This document shows, one piece after another, positions 37,001 to 49,379 of a stretch of 64,000 nt of DNA. The position numbers and the translations under genes are program-made. Every line of letters starts with the position of its first letter. Positions within the stretch are counted from its first letter, which is position 1. Under the pieces are notes generated by a model, which was not told the origin of the DNA, made no database searches, and worked only from the letters and a program-made list of their open reading frames with translations. This DNA is from Hemiscyllium ocellatum (Eukaryota): positions 1 through 64,000 of the forward strand of contig NW_026867444.1 in NCBI RefSeq assembly GCF_020745735.1, written 5' to 3'.

Positions 37001-37091
37001 GTGTGAGGGGCTGATGTGGCTCTCTCTGCCTGATGCCATTTACATACTGAGGAACACCCAGTCAGACTCTCACAGGCTGCAGCTTTATAAA
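36995..37091 (+). promoter_or_regulatory. V promoter B
   Basis: GAGGAAGT at 36995-37002 after a (GA)n tract; ATTTACAT at 37038-37045; TTTATAAA at 37084-37091. Confidence 0.7.
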
Positions 37092-37151
37092 GCAGAGCCC
37101 AGTGAAGGGAGAGTTTATCAGGAACCAGGCACAGGGACAGGAGCACACACC

Positions 37152-37200
37152 ATGATTTCACACATCCAGCTGATCTGGCCCCTGGCATTCTGTGTCGCAG
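37152..37200 (+). CDS. IGKV: Leader exon of V (cluster B), MISHIQLIWPLAFCVA-G
   Basis: Intact ATG and G|GTACAA donor; 186-nt intron, same length as in cluster A. Confidence 0.9.
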
Positions 37201-37386
37201 GTACAAATCTCTCTCCTTCCACCTTGAATCTTTAGCTGCTCTCCATTTCACTCCAATTCCACTGACTTGTGATTGAAGGGAAAATGCTGAAACCAGAGGA
37301 ATGCTCAGTGTCTCCAACAATCTCTCATTTGACAGGCTCTTTGTGTGAAAGTTCTGACTTCACTGTGTTTCTCTCTGATCCCTCAG

Positions 37387-37674
37387 GTATCAGTGAGGAC
37401 ATCATCATGACCTAGTCTCCCCCACTGCTGTCAGTGGGACTGGGCCAGACCGCAACCATCACCTGTAGGGCCATTAGCAGCTACCTTGCTTGGTACCAGT
37501 AGCGAGAAGGTCAGAAACCCTCTCTCCTGATCTATGCTGCAGCAACTCAACTCACAGGAATCTCCGAGTGATTCACCGGCAGTGGATCAGGGACCAGTTT
37601 CACCCTGACAATCAGCAACGTTCAGAATGAGGATGTCGCTGACTATGACTGTCAGCAGCATTACAGCTGGCCTT
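37387..37674 (+). pseudogene. IGKV: Ig kappa-type V pseudogene
   Basis: In-frame stops TAG 37413-37415, TAG 37500-37502 and TGA 37569-37571; 9-nt shorter CDR1 than V of cluster A; YYC changed to YDC. Confidence 0.95.
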
Positions 37675-37702
37675 CACGGTGATACAGAGCCATCCAAAAA
37701 TC
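37675..37702 (+). other. 12-RSS of the pseudo-V (degenerate)
   Basis: CACGGTG-ATACAGAGCCAT-CCAAAAATC; the spacer is identical to that of cluster A. Confidence 0.85.
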
Positions 37703-38098
37703 TCAATAAGCACAGCACCCCCACCTGTACTAACACATTCCACATTTTTGTGACATATACACAGTTCCACCTCCTGCACTGATACATCCACAGTTATATG
37801 TAAATGAAATTGAACAAATTACCCCATACCGGGATTGTCACTGTACATGACACACTCCAGTCCCTGTGGTGTCCACCGCTCACTGAAGGCCTCAAGTTTC
37901 CCTCTTGCATTCCATGGCCACACGTGAAGAGCAGCTGCAAGATTTAACATCGAAAAATAAAGTTCACAAACTGCACAAGCCCAGCTGAACACTACCGAGA
38001 GAGACAGAGGGAGGTCAGGGAGTGGGTGAGACTAAGTAAGAGACAGAGAGAGAGAGACAGGGAGCGGTTGAGAATGATGGAGGGAAGCAGAGAGCTGA

Positions 38099-38137
38099 GG
38101 TTTTTGTACAGCCTCTGCACTGGGAGCTCTCACTGTG
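38099..38137 (+). other. 23-RSS of J (cluster B), consensus
   Basis: GGTTTTTGT, 23-nt spacer, CACTGTG. Confidence 0.95.
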
Positions 38138-38172
38138 GCTTACGTTCAGTAAAGGAACCAAGCTCAGACTGA
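38138..38172 (+). pseudogene. IGKJ: J segment of cluster B, defective
   Basis: LTFSKGTKLRL (FGxG changed to FSxG); donor GTAAGT changed to GGAAGT. Confidence 0.9.
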
Positions 38173-38589
38173 GGAAGTAAACCTCAATCCTCTGTTATTA
38201 ACCCTTTCAATCTCTAAACACAATTTATAAAACACAAATACTGAATTGTTGAAGTGTTGCAGTGAAGGAAATGTTTGATTGAGGAACACCGCGTCCCATA
38301 CGGTGTACACATGTATTTCTTTAGTCCTATAACCCCATTAAACAGCAAGATATAAGTCAGTAAGTTTTACTCATCGTGTGGAGGAGCTCTGTCCATTTGC
38401 AGCCTGTGGTCCCATTCCTGCAGCATGGAGTGAATTCAATGAGCAGCCTCCTGCCAGTCTCAGTGTGACGGACACGGGCAGAGTTTGATGTGAGTTCTGG
38501 CTCCCTGTCCCAGTCTCTGACCTCACTGACCTCAGCAGCAGCACAGTGAGACACCGAGCTCCCACCTCCCCCAGCTTTAACTCTGCTCA

Positions 38590-41205
38590 ATCACATAATC
38601 ACAGAATTGTCACATTGCACAAGGAGGCCATTCTGCCCATCCTGTCTGGACTGGCTCTCCGAATGAGCAATTCACTGAGTGTCATTCTCCTGCTTTCTCC
38701 CTGTCACCCTGAACATTGTTGCTTTTCAAATATCAGTCTCATTCCCTTCGGAATGTTTTAATTGAAGCTGCCTCCACCACACTCTCAGGCAGTGCACTCC
38801 ACACCTTAACCACTCACTGGCCAAAATGTTGTTCCCTATCTCACTTTTGTGACTTTTCCCAATTGCCTTCAATCTGTGGTCTCTCAGTCTCAATCCTTTC
38901 TCTTGGGAACATTTTCTCCCTATTTACTGTATCCAGGCCCCTCCTGATTTTAATTCCTCCAACAAATCTCCTCTCAGCCTTCTCCAAAGAAGTCAGTCCC
39001 AAATTCTCCAAACTATCTTAATAACTGATGTTCCTCATCCCTGGAATGATCTTTGGGAATATTTTTGCCATTTCTACAAAATTTCACCTGCTTCCTGAAT
39101 GATTTACATTATCTATGTCCCTCATGATTTTATAAACCTCTGTAAGGTCACTCCTCAGACTCTTACACTAGAGGGAAAAAAGGCTCAGCTTTTCCAGTCC
39201 CTCATAGTCATGGAGTCATACAGCGTGGAAACAGACATTTCAATCCAACTTGCCCGTGTTAACCAGATCTCCTAAATGACCTCATCCCATTTGCCAGCAT
39301 TTGGCTTACATCCCTCTAAACCCTTCCTATCCATGTTCCCATCCCAATGTGTTTTAAATGCTGTAACTGTATCTGCCTCCAACGCTTTCTCTAGCAGCTC
39401 GATCCAGACACACACCACCCTCTGTGTGACAAGTTACCCCTCAGGTCCCTTTTGAATCTTTTGCCTCTCACCTTAAACCTATGCCCTCTTGTTTTGGACT
39501 CCCGTTCCCAAGGAAAAGACCTTGAATATACACCCTGTCCATGCCCTTCATGATTTTCTGCACATCCATAAGGTCACCTCGAGGCCTTACATGCTGCAGG
39601 GAAATTAGGCCCATTTCTTCAGCCTCTCCCGACAGCGGAAACCCTCCAATTCCTGGCCACATCCTTGTAAATCTTTTCCGCTGCCTTTTAAGTTTAACAA
39701 CATCCTTCCTATCTCAGGATGATCAGAATTGTTCACATTATTCCCAAAGTGGCCTCACCAGCTGCTGTACAGCTGCAATATCATGTCCCAACTCCTTTAC
39801 TCAATGCAGTGACCAATAAAAGTAAGCATACCCAACACCTTCTTCATCTCCCTGTCTACCTGTGACTCCACTGTCAAGGAATAATGCACCTGCACCTTCA
39901 CCCCTCGGTCTCTTTGTTCAGCAACACTCCGCAGGGCCCTACCATTAACCGTAAAAGTCCTGCCTTGGTTTGGCTTTGCAAAGTACAGCACTCACATTTA
40001 TCTGAATTAAATTCCATCTGCCATTCCTCAGCCCACTGGCCCAGTTGGTCAAGATCCCATTGTACTCTTAGACAGCCTTCTTCACTGGCCACAATGCCAC
40101 CCGAAAATTCACCTGAACAGACTCTCACAACTCTGGCCCCTCCCTGCCTGTTACACTGCTACTACCCCAGTCTATATTCAAAAATTAAAGAACCATTTAT
40201 AATGACTCTATCACGTTTGCAGGTATCTGTAAATTCCTTGCATTTGTATTCCTCTGCATCCTTCCCATTGGGTGGTGACTTGTTGACTGTTCTGAGGATT
40301 CTGTGGTCCTTGGTGTTCCGCTCTGTTATTCCCTCCTGGCTCCCACAGCCCTGCCAAGTTAATTTAAACCCTCGCCAACTGCACTAGTAAATCACCCCAA
40401 AGGAACTCAGTCCCAGCTCGGTTCAGGAACAACGCTGTCTGGTCTGTCCAGGTCCCATCTCCCCCAGACCCAGTCTCAATGTCCCAAGAATCTAAAGTCC
40501 TCCAACTTGGATCCTCTTTCCAGCTTCACATTCACCTGTGTTATCCTCCTGTTCCGATTCTCACTTGGATGGGGCACTGGGAGAAATCCGGAGATTCTAA
40601 CTTTTGAGATCCTAGTACTAATTCCCTCCAGAGCCCCCTAAATTCTGACTGCAGGACCACATCCCTTTCCTCCCTCTGTCACTGGGACCGATGTGGACCA
40701 CGACTGCTGCCTGTTCCCCCTCTCCCCTCAGGGTGCTCTGCAGCCGCTCAGAGACATCCTTGACCCTGGCACCAGGGAGACAACACACCATCCTGGATTC
40801 CCATCTGCAACTGCAGAAACACCTATTGATTGCCCTCACTCTCGAATCTCCTCTCGCTCTCCCTCTTCCTTGTACCCCCTGTACAGCTGAACCCTCCACC
40901 TTGGTGCCATGGGCTTGGCTCTGGCTGCACTCCCCAGATGAACCATCATTCTCATCAGGATTCTGAACTGAATCCTGGTTAGAGAGTGCGATGCACTCAG
41001 GGGATTCCACTACTAGCTGCCTGGTCCTTTTGGACTGTCTGCTGCTCCCCCATTCCCTCTCACCCTGCATTCGCTGAAGCTGCAGAGTGACCACATCTAG
41101 AAACGTGCTCTCCACGGAGCTCTCAGCCTCACGGACGCTCCGCACTGACACCAGCTGCTGCTCAAGCTCCAAAACCCGGAGTTCCAACTGCTGTCACTGA
41201 CCACA
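38590..41205 (-). mobile_element. CR1 fragments in the J-C intron, mirror of 1-3822
   Basis: Reverse-complement similarity to arm A; ORF 40618-41187 is the CR1 ORF1 remnant. Confidence 0.8.
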
Positions 41206-41384
41206 CTTTCTGTTCTCATGGTATTCCAGGAGCTAGGAAGCATTCTGAAGTTCCCACCTAAATGCACACTCTCTTCACCCTTTGGTCATCTCTTGGCAAA
41301 GTTCTGATGACAAACAGCTCCAGCAGGGCTCACAGTCCAGTGGGTTCAGTGTTCCAGGGTTTTGGGGAAACTCTCCAGAAGACT

Positions 41385-44350
41385 TTAAGAAATAGGAGCA
41401 GAAATCAGCCATTCAGCCCATTGAATCTGCTCTGCCAGTTGATCTTGGCAGATATGCTTCTCACCCCCATTCTCTGCTTGATCCACAGGAACGTTCGATC
41501 CCCTTAACTATCACAAACTATCTATCTCTGTCTTAAATACACTCAGTGACTTGGCCTCCACTGCCCTCTGTAGCAATACATTCCACAGATTCACCACCCT
41601 CTGGCTGAAGAAATTCCTCCTCATCTCAGCTCGAAAGGGTTGGCCCTTCATACTGAGGCTGTGCCTTGGTTACCGACTCTCTCCTGTTTTTGGAAACATC
41701 TTTTTCACATCCACTCTACCCAGGTTGATCAGTATTCTGTAAATTTCAATAAGATCCCTCCTCATCCTTCTAAACTCCAGCAAGTACAGACCCAGAGTCC
41801 TCAAGGACATCTGATACGATAAGTCCTTCATCCCCAGGATCATTGTTGTAAACCTCTCCAATGCCAGCCCATGGTTTCTTAGAATATGGGTCCCAAATCT
41901 GCTCACAATATTCCAAATGCAGTCTGACCAGAGCCTTACACAGCCTCAGCAGTACATCTCTGCTCTTGTATTCTGACCCGACTGAAATGAATGCGAACAT
42001 TTCATTTGCCTTCCCAAGCACAAACTGGATCTGCCTGTTAACCTGAAGGGAAACCTGAATGAGGTTCGTGCTTTAGATTTCCGAAAGCTTTTCTTATTTA
42101 GAAAATTGTCTTTGCATCTCTTCTTCCTCCCAAAGTGCACACCCTCACACTGTAACACATTGTATTCTATCTGCCACTTCTTTGCCCACTCTCCCAGCCT
42201 TTCCAGGAGCTTTTACATTCTTCCCACTTCCTCAACACTACCTGTCCCTTCACCTATCTCATGTCATCTGCAAACTTAGCAACAATGTCTTCACTTCCTC
42301 CATCCAGATTGTTAATGTATAATGTGAATAGTTAAGGTCCTAACATTGACCCCTACATGACTCTACCAGTCACAAACGACCATTTTTCCTCACTCTCTGC
42401 TTTATGCCAACCTGCCAGTCCTTAGTCCATGCCAGTGCCTCGGCCCTCACACTGTAAGCTTTTATCTAATGTCAAAGGCCTTCTAGAAATCCAAATAGAT
42501 TACTTCCTTTGACTCTCCTTTGTCTGACTGGCTCATTGCCTCCTCAAAGAATTCTAACAGATTTGCCAGGCATGACCTCCCCTTGATGAAGCCGTGTTGA
42601 CTCAGCCCTAGTTTACAATTGCACCTCTAAGTCCTCTGCAACTTCATCCTTAAATTGAAGTCTAAAACCTTACCAACAACTGAGTCTAGGCTAACTGGCC
42701 TATAATTTCCCATCTTCTCCCTCCTCCCTCCCTTCTTAAACAGGGCTGTTATGTGAGCCACTTTCCAGTCCCTTGCCCCCATCAGATCCCTGTCCACCAC
42801 ACTGTCATACCCTGACTCCATTGATTCCTGAAAGATCATCTCCAATACCTCCATAATTTACTCAGTGATCTCCTTCAGAACACACTCATGTAGTTCATCT
42901 AGTCTGGGTGAGTTATCCACATTCAACCTTTCAGCTTCGATTCAATTCCTCTGCTATTTCTTCACTTCCTATAATACTTTCTCCAGCCTCATTTTCCAAT
43001 GTCTATTTTTGCCTTCCTCTTCCTTTTTATACATCTGATAAAACTCGTGCAATCTTCTTTTGTATTACCGGCTAACTTACCCCCACATTTCCCCTTCTCC
43101 ACCTTTAATGCTTTTTTATTTATCCTCTCCAGGTTTTCAAAGGCTTCCTAACCCTCTGGCTTCCCACTTTTCTCTACCACATTGTGCATTTTTTTCTTTT
43201 GCTTTTATGCTGTCCGTGACTTCCCTCACCAGCCATGGTTGCCTTGTCCTCCCCTTAGTATGTTTCTTCTTTTTTGGGATGAATTCCTTCTCTGCTTCCT
43301 GAATTATGCCCAGAAACCCTGCTGTTTGCTGCCCCACCATCTTATCTGCTCGGCTCCCCTTCCAATCAACTCTGGTCAACTCCTTCCTCATGTCTTTGTT
43401 GTTCCCTTTACTCAACTGAAATACAGATCCATCTGATTGCAGCTTCTCCCTCTCAAACTACAGGGGGAATTCTATCATATTATGATCATTTTTCCAGAAG
43501 GATACTTTCACCTTCAGCTCATTAATCAAGTTTGCCTCATTCCACATCACTGAATCCAGAACTGCCTGTTCCATAATGGCTCAACCGCAAGCTGCTCCAA
43601 AAACGATCTTGTAGACATCCATGAAAACCTTTTCTTGAGACGTGCTACCCAGTCCACCTATCCATTGAGGTCTGCCCTGACATTTTGTATACGGCTTTTC
43701 TGTCTCCTGATTGATTTCCTTCCCCACACCCTGATTACTGCTTGGAGATCTGGACATAACTTGCATCATATTCTTTACTTCTTGCGGTTCCTCAACTCTA
43801 CCCACACACATTCTACACCTTTTGACTCTATCTCTCTTCTTGCTTTGATTTCATTTAATATCGTACTAACAAGGCAACTCTTCCCCCTCTGTCCATCTGC
43901 CTGTCCTTTTGATAGGACATGTATCCTTGGATATTTTGTTCCCAGCCCGGATCCCCTTACAGCCATGTCTCTGTGATACCCACAACATCGTACCTGCCAG
44001 TTTCAATCTGCACTACCAGCTCATTGCGTATACTGTGTGCTTTTAAGTCCAACACCTTCAGTCCTGCATTGACTGCCCTCCTTCTCATCATTATCCTCTT
44101 ATCTGCTGTGCTTGATGCTCGACTCTTGTTCCTTTCTGTACTCTCTCTCCTGGTATGCCTTCTAGAAACCGAATAGCCTCTTTTGAGCCTACCTCCACTT
44201 TAACTAGTTTAAATTCCTTGGAAACTCAATTTACCTCGATTTATGGCATCACTTTGTCTGCCTTACTCAGAATGATTCGTGCATTTAGATACAAACCCTT
44301 TAAGTTTGTTCTATTGTTCGTTTTCCCTGCAATTTTATGGTTCCTTTAAT
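41385..44350 (-). mobile_element. Long decayed CR1 (ORF1 end, EN, RT, tail)
   Basis: ILNEIKARREIESKGVECVWVELRNRK (EN), ALFKKGGRREKMGNYRPVSL (RT), CR1 tail near 41390. Confidence 0.85.
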
Positions 44351-44514
44351 ATTCAAAAATTCTATCCCTTCCTTTTATTTTCTGGTAACAATCAATCCCA
44401 TCACTAACCAGCAATCCTACCTTCTCCTTTACCTTCCATTTTCTCATTTTCCATCCAACTGAACCAAATTCCTTTCTCTTTGGGTTGAGTTCAGGACAAT
44501 ATTTATCCTTGGAC

Positions 44515-44680
44515 CAACATCATGAAAAATGCTCTTTGATCTCATTGCTTCTAGTGGGATCTTGCTGTGTAGAAATTGGCTGTCCCTTTCCTGACATTGC
44601 AACAGTGACTTGTTTTAAAACAAAATGTAAATGTCTTTGGGAGAGCCTGAGGTGTTAGGGGCTCGATTGAAATACAATTA
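44515..44680 (+). mobile_element. Old Deu-domain SINE-like fragment; second fragment at about 45470-45605
   Basis: GTGGGATCTTGCTGTGTAGAAATTGGCTG...CATTGCAACAGTGAC...TTTGGGAGAGCCTGAGG matches, from memory, the DeuSINE core and L2-type tail. Confidence 0.5.
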
Positions 44681-44682
44681 CA

Positions 44683-45350
44683 GTTATGGAGATGTACAGC
44701 AGAGAAACTGACCCTTCAGTCCAAGTCATCCATCCTGACCAGATACCCTAAATTAATCTAGTCCCATTTGCCAGCATGAGGCCCATGTCGCTCTCAACCC
44801 TTCCTATACATATACCCATCCAGATGGCTTTTTAAATATTGTAATCATACCAGCCTCCACCACTCCCTCTGGCAGCTCATTCCAAAAATGTACCACCCTC
44901 TGCATGAAAACGTTACACCTTAGGTCCTTTTTAAATCTTTCCCCTGTCACCTTCAACCTATGCCCTCTAGTTCTGGACTCCCCCACTCTGAAGAAAAGAT
45001 CTACTCTATTCACCGTATCTATACCCCTCATGATTTTATAAACCACTGTGTGGTCACCCCTCAGCCTCCAACAATCCAGCGAAAATAGTCTCAGTCTATT
45101 CAGCTTCCTCCGATAGCTCAAACTCTCCAACCTTGGTAACACACTTAAAAAACTTTTCTGAAGCATTTTAAGGTTCACAATATTGTTCCTACAGCAGGGA
45201 GACCAGAATTACACACCGTATTCCAAAAGTGACCAATGTCTGGCACAACCACAACAGCTCCCAACTCCAATACTCAATGCGCTGCCCAATAAAGGAAACC
45301 ATACCAAGTTACTTCGTCACTCCCCTACCTACCTGCAACTCCACTTGCAC
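44683..45350 (-). mobile_element. CR1 3' fragment
   Basis: LNRLRLFSLDCWRLRGDH...RCNVFMQRVVHFWNELPEGVV. Confidence 0.8.
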
Positions 45351-46446
45351 GGAACTTTTTTTTTGGTTGAACTGGGAGTCTTTCAGATGTGAAAGGTGCC
45401 ACTCCATGGCACTGTTGGATGAAGAGCAGGCAGTTCCTTCTGGTGTACCTGGTCACTATTTATCCCCCAATAAAAATCACTAAAAATCTATTTCTCTGCT
45501 AATTATCATACTGTGTTTGAGATCTCACTGCACAAAGTCTGCTGGAAAGAGCCATTGGGACATCCTGAGCTGGGGACAGGTGCAACACAAATGCAGGTCT
45601 TTCTTTAAGGTTAGAGTCTCTTGATCCTGAACCTCACCCATTGTCTGCGCACTCTCACCTTCCAGGAGGCATGGGGTCATTAAGAGCAGTGACCCTGCCT
45701 GACCCCAGGTCACTGAGACTCTATGCAGCTTCACCCTTGATCTCAGCCCAGTGGTGTGCAGCAAGGTTTGAAATGTATTCAAGAGCATTCTACACAGACA
45801 CGCCAATGTGACTCCTTCCCGAAATGTTTGGATCCAAGTCTGCTCCAATGTTCTCGGATAAAGTTCTCCTCATCTGTGGGTAATCCGAGGTTTGTTAAAG
45901 AGGGATCGAGCTCCATCCCACTCTCCAGCTCTTGCTCCATAGCTCTGGATGTTTCGCTGTTCCAAGTGAATATCCAAGTGTTTTTTTCAATGTGATGAGG
46001 GTTTCTGCCTCTCCCAACCTTTCAGACAGTGAATCCCAGATCCCATCAACCTCTGGGTGAAAACAATTACTCCTCAATTCACCTCGACCCCTGTCCCCAA
46101 TTCATTTCAATCTCTCCCCATGGTTATTGCCCTCTCTGCTGATGGAAATCAGTCCTTCCTACCAATTCTATCTTGGCCCTCATCAGTTTACACGCCTTGA
46201 TCAAATCTCCCCTCAGCCTTCTCTGTTCCAAAAAAAACAGTCCCAGCCAAACTAATCATTCCTCAAAACTAAAACTCCCCATTCCTGACAAAATCCTCCA
46301 CTGTCCCCATCACTCAGGGGATCATATCCTTCCTGTAATGTGGTGACCAGAACTGTACACTGTTCTCTCACTGTGCTCTAACTGGGGTTTGATAAAGTTC
46401 CAGAATAAACAAATTTCTTGCTTTCACTCTCAGCCAAAAATGAGAT

Positions 46447-46790
46447 AAGGGAGGTGATGGCCTAATAGTATTATTGTTGACCTGTTAATCCAGAGATCCA
46501 GATTAATGTTCTAGGGACCAGGGCAGAATCCTGCCACAGCAGATGGTGGAATTTGAATTCAATTTAAAAAATCTGGAATTAAGAGTCTGATGATGACCAT
46601 GAAACAATTGTTGATTGTCAGGAAAAAAAGCCATCTGATTCACTAATGTCCTTTAGGGAAGGAAACTGCCATCCTTACCATGTGACCCCAGACCCACAGC
46701 AATGTGGGTGACTCTAAACTGCCCTTTGGGTGATTAGAGATGGGCAATAAATGCTGCCGATCCAGCAATGCCCTCATTCCATCAAGGGAA
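46447..46790 (+). mobile_element. tRNA-head SINE sharing its 3' tail with the 15.2-kb LINE; related copies at about 56370-56620 and 59075-59315
   Basis: GGGAGGTGATGGCCTAATAG head, GGAATTTGAATTCAAT core, tail GATGGGCAATAAATGCTG. Confidence 0.6.
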
Positions 46791-48103
46791 AAAGTAAAGC
46801 AGTTTATCCCATGTGTCTTCTGAACCACCTCACTGACCTGCATTCATTAATCACCAAGGCCACATCTTCCAGCTCCACACACATCTGACTTCCAGCTTCA
46901 AGCTGACGAGAGACATTCCTTCATTATCTGAGAAACGGACAGAAACATAAAACACAGGAGCAGCAGTAGGCCATTCGGCCCCTCAAGCCTGCTCCAGCAT
47001 TCAATATGATCATGGTCAATCATCCAACACTGTCCCCTGTTCCTGCTCGCTCCCCACATTCTTTGAACTCATTAATCTTAAGAACTGTATCTAATTCCTT
47101 CTTGAACACATACCGCATCTAATTCCCTTATGCTGGTAAATTGATGAGAAGTATTGAGTTGTTTTTTGACACAATGATCCGTTGGGCCTTTTGGGTCTCT
47201 CTGACTCTGACTCGATGATTATATGTTATGAATAACTGGGCACCAAGGACTGATCCCTGTGGTACCCCAACTGGGAAATATCTGCCATTCAGAAAAAGAC
47301 TCATTCTTCCTGTCCTGTCTGCCAACCAGTTCTCAATCCGTGTCAGTACCTGACCCCCAATCCTCTTGTTTGTTGTGATTTCTTTGATTCAGTTGGACAC
47401 AGTTAATCCTGTCTTTGCCTTCCTCAGGTCCTGTTCAATGCCACCCCTGCATTTTCGATCCTCCTCTGGGCTTTCTGCAGATAACTCCAGATAACCAACA
47501 TCACCTTCCCTGTTTAGTCTTCCCTACTCTGGCTGCCTTTTGACATCCCAGGCTGACAGTCTAGATTTGGGAGTCCCACCCTTACTCATTGTGGGAAAAG
47601 ATTCTGAACAATCTCTGTCTTTTCTTTTGAGGGATCCCACTGCCCTGACACTGATTTCACATCATGGCGTTGGTTCCAGTCCACTTTTACTAAATTATCG
47701 CACAGTTTAGTAAAATAGTTCATTCCCAAGTGAAAACGTTAACACTTGCTGCATGGTTCTCCATTTCCATCCCTACTCTCAATCTCACTGAGTTCTGATC
47801 ACTGTCACTAAACTGCTCCCCCATTGATAGCCCTTCCAGCTGCCCACATTCATTCCCTAAACAAGAGTCCAAACCTGTTCCTTGTCTTTCCCCATCACCT
47901 TCTCGGGGCAATTAGGGATGAGAAATAAATGCTGGCCCTGCTCGTGACTCTCACTCCCAAGAAGCAAATTAAACAATACCTGGTTTTTTTGTCGGGTTTG
48001 GTAGGTATTGGACACAAATGTTCAAACATTTTACCAGTGAATGTCCTGAGAGTTGAAGTTTCTTCAAATGGCAGGGATTAAAATTGTTTCTTTTGTCTTT
48101 CAG

Positions 48104-48432
48104 GCCGTGAGAACTCTCAGCCCAAGCTGACCCTGCTGCCCCACTCCCCGGAGCAGGTCAATGCCAAGGGCACTGCCACCCTGGTGTGCCTTGCCAATCA
48201 CTTCTATCCTGATGAGCTGGAGGTTCAGTGGAAGAAGGATGGTGCAGTCATTTCAGACGGGGTTCAGACCAGCAACTACCTGCGAGCTTCGGACAGCACT
48301 GACAGTGTCAGCAGCCTGCTGACCCTCTCTGGGTCTGACTGGGAGTCCAACGCTCGCTTCTCCTGTGCCCTCACCCACGTGACCCTCCCCTCTCCCCTCA
48401 GCAAGAGCATCAGGAGATCAGAATGTGTGTAG
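48104..48432 (+). CDS. IGKC: Ig kappa-type constant exon (cluster B), open frame with two atypical substitutions
   Basis: Acceptor TTTTGTCTTTCAG|GC. Translation S-RENSQPKLTLLPHSPEQV...TLVCLANHFYP...WKKD...FSCALTH...SECV* has both Cys, the Trp and the terminal Cys. PHS and STDS replace the usual PPS and STYS. Confidence 0.95.
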
Positions 48433-48586
48433 AGTGTTTGTGACAGTCCACAGAGGAGACACAACTTTAAACAGAACAGGGCTGAGCTGGCAGGACAAAG
48501 GTCATTGTCTGCACTGAATGTCAACGCTCCTCCTTCTCAGGACTGGTCTAGGGGACACTTCTGAGGTTCAGGAGTTCAGGCAGTTC

Positions 48587-48662
48587 ATTGGGACAGCGTA
48601 GGGAGAGTTTTATCCTATGTAAAACCTCATGCTGTCCTTGTCCTGGGAGTGTTTGACGGGTC
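48587..48662 (+). repeat. Single degenerate unit of a common shark tandem repeat in the C 3'UTR region
   Basis: GGGACAGCGTAGGGAGAG...TGTCCTGGGAGTGTTTGACGGG, recognised from memory only. ATTAAA at 48956-48961 is a possible polyA signal. Confidence 0.4.
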
Positions 48663-49379
48663 AGGGTTGACTTGTGATGCCAAGTAAAATCTCTTGAAGT
48701 TGCTGAAGACTGTCAGCTGTACAAAACAATGTGAACCTCTGAAGTCTCTGCTTCAGTAAAACAGATCTCCTTCCTGCTCAGCCACCAGTTCCAATTTAAG
48801 GTTTTGTCACTGTTTAAAGCGACAGGATTCTCATGTTACTGAGAAAACCTCCACAAGTGTTTTCCTCAAGCACCATTGTGGCTGTGAATTTGTGCAGCTT
48901 CCTCTGTCTGGGCTGTTAATTTTAGTGTTTATTCTCCCAAAGCCAATCAAATCAGATTAAAGTTGAAGAAGATTCAGTCTCTGTTTCTGTGTGCTTTGGA
49001 AATGGACCACTCCCTTCAGCTGATTGGATGCATTTCAGCACAGCATTGTCACAATTGGCTGTTTGGTCTGTCAATCAGTAAGACTTGCATTGTAGTATGG
49101 ACTGACAGCTAATCATCAATCATTTTCAAATGATCCCTTTGATCTGGAAACTGTGGAGGTTACAAGTTTCCAAACAAAACAGAAACTGAAAGCTGTTGGG
49201 ACTCTGTAATTACAATCTGAGGCATTCCCTCTTCACTCTTTTGATCCAGGTAGAGTTGCTGGGATAGTACTGTGCACTCTCTCCTGCATGCTGGATAGTA
49301 CCTGTAATGTTTTAAGGCCAGTCACTGAGAATGGAGGCTGTGTGTCTCTCTGAGTTGAGTGTGTGTGTGTTTTACATAA

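Noticed and set aside
37413-37571. AID-type germline mutagenesis of the pseudo-V (three C-to-T stops, two in AGC context)
   Set aside because: Only three events, one of them a CpG. Ordinary transition bias explains them.
40997-41008. NF-kB-like site GGGGATTCCA in the J-C intron
   Set aside because: It lies inside a CR1 ORF1 remnant, is imperfect, and has no independent support.
47685-47715. 10-bp perfect inverted repeat TTTTACTAAA/TTTAGTAAAA upstream of C
   Set aside because: Short and AT-rich; plausible by chance in 64 kb.
4273-48432. TCR, IgNAR or heavy-chain identity
   Set aside because: No D segments, a single C exon ending in a terminal Cys and stop, FGxG J, and V-12/J-23 RSSs all indicate a kappa-type light chain.
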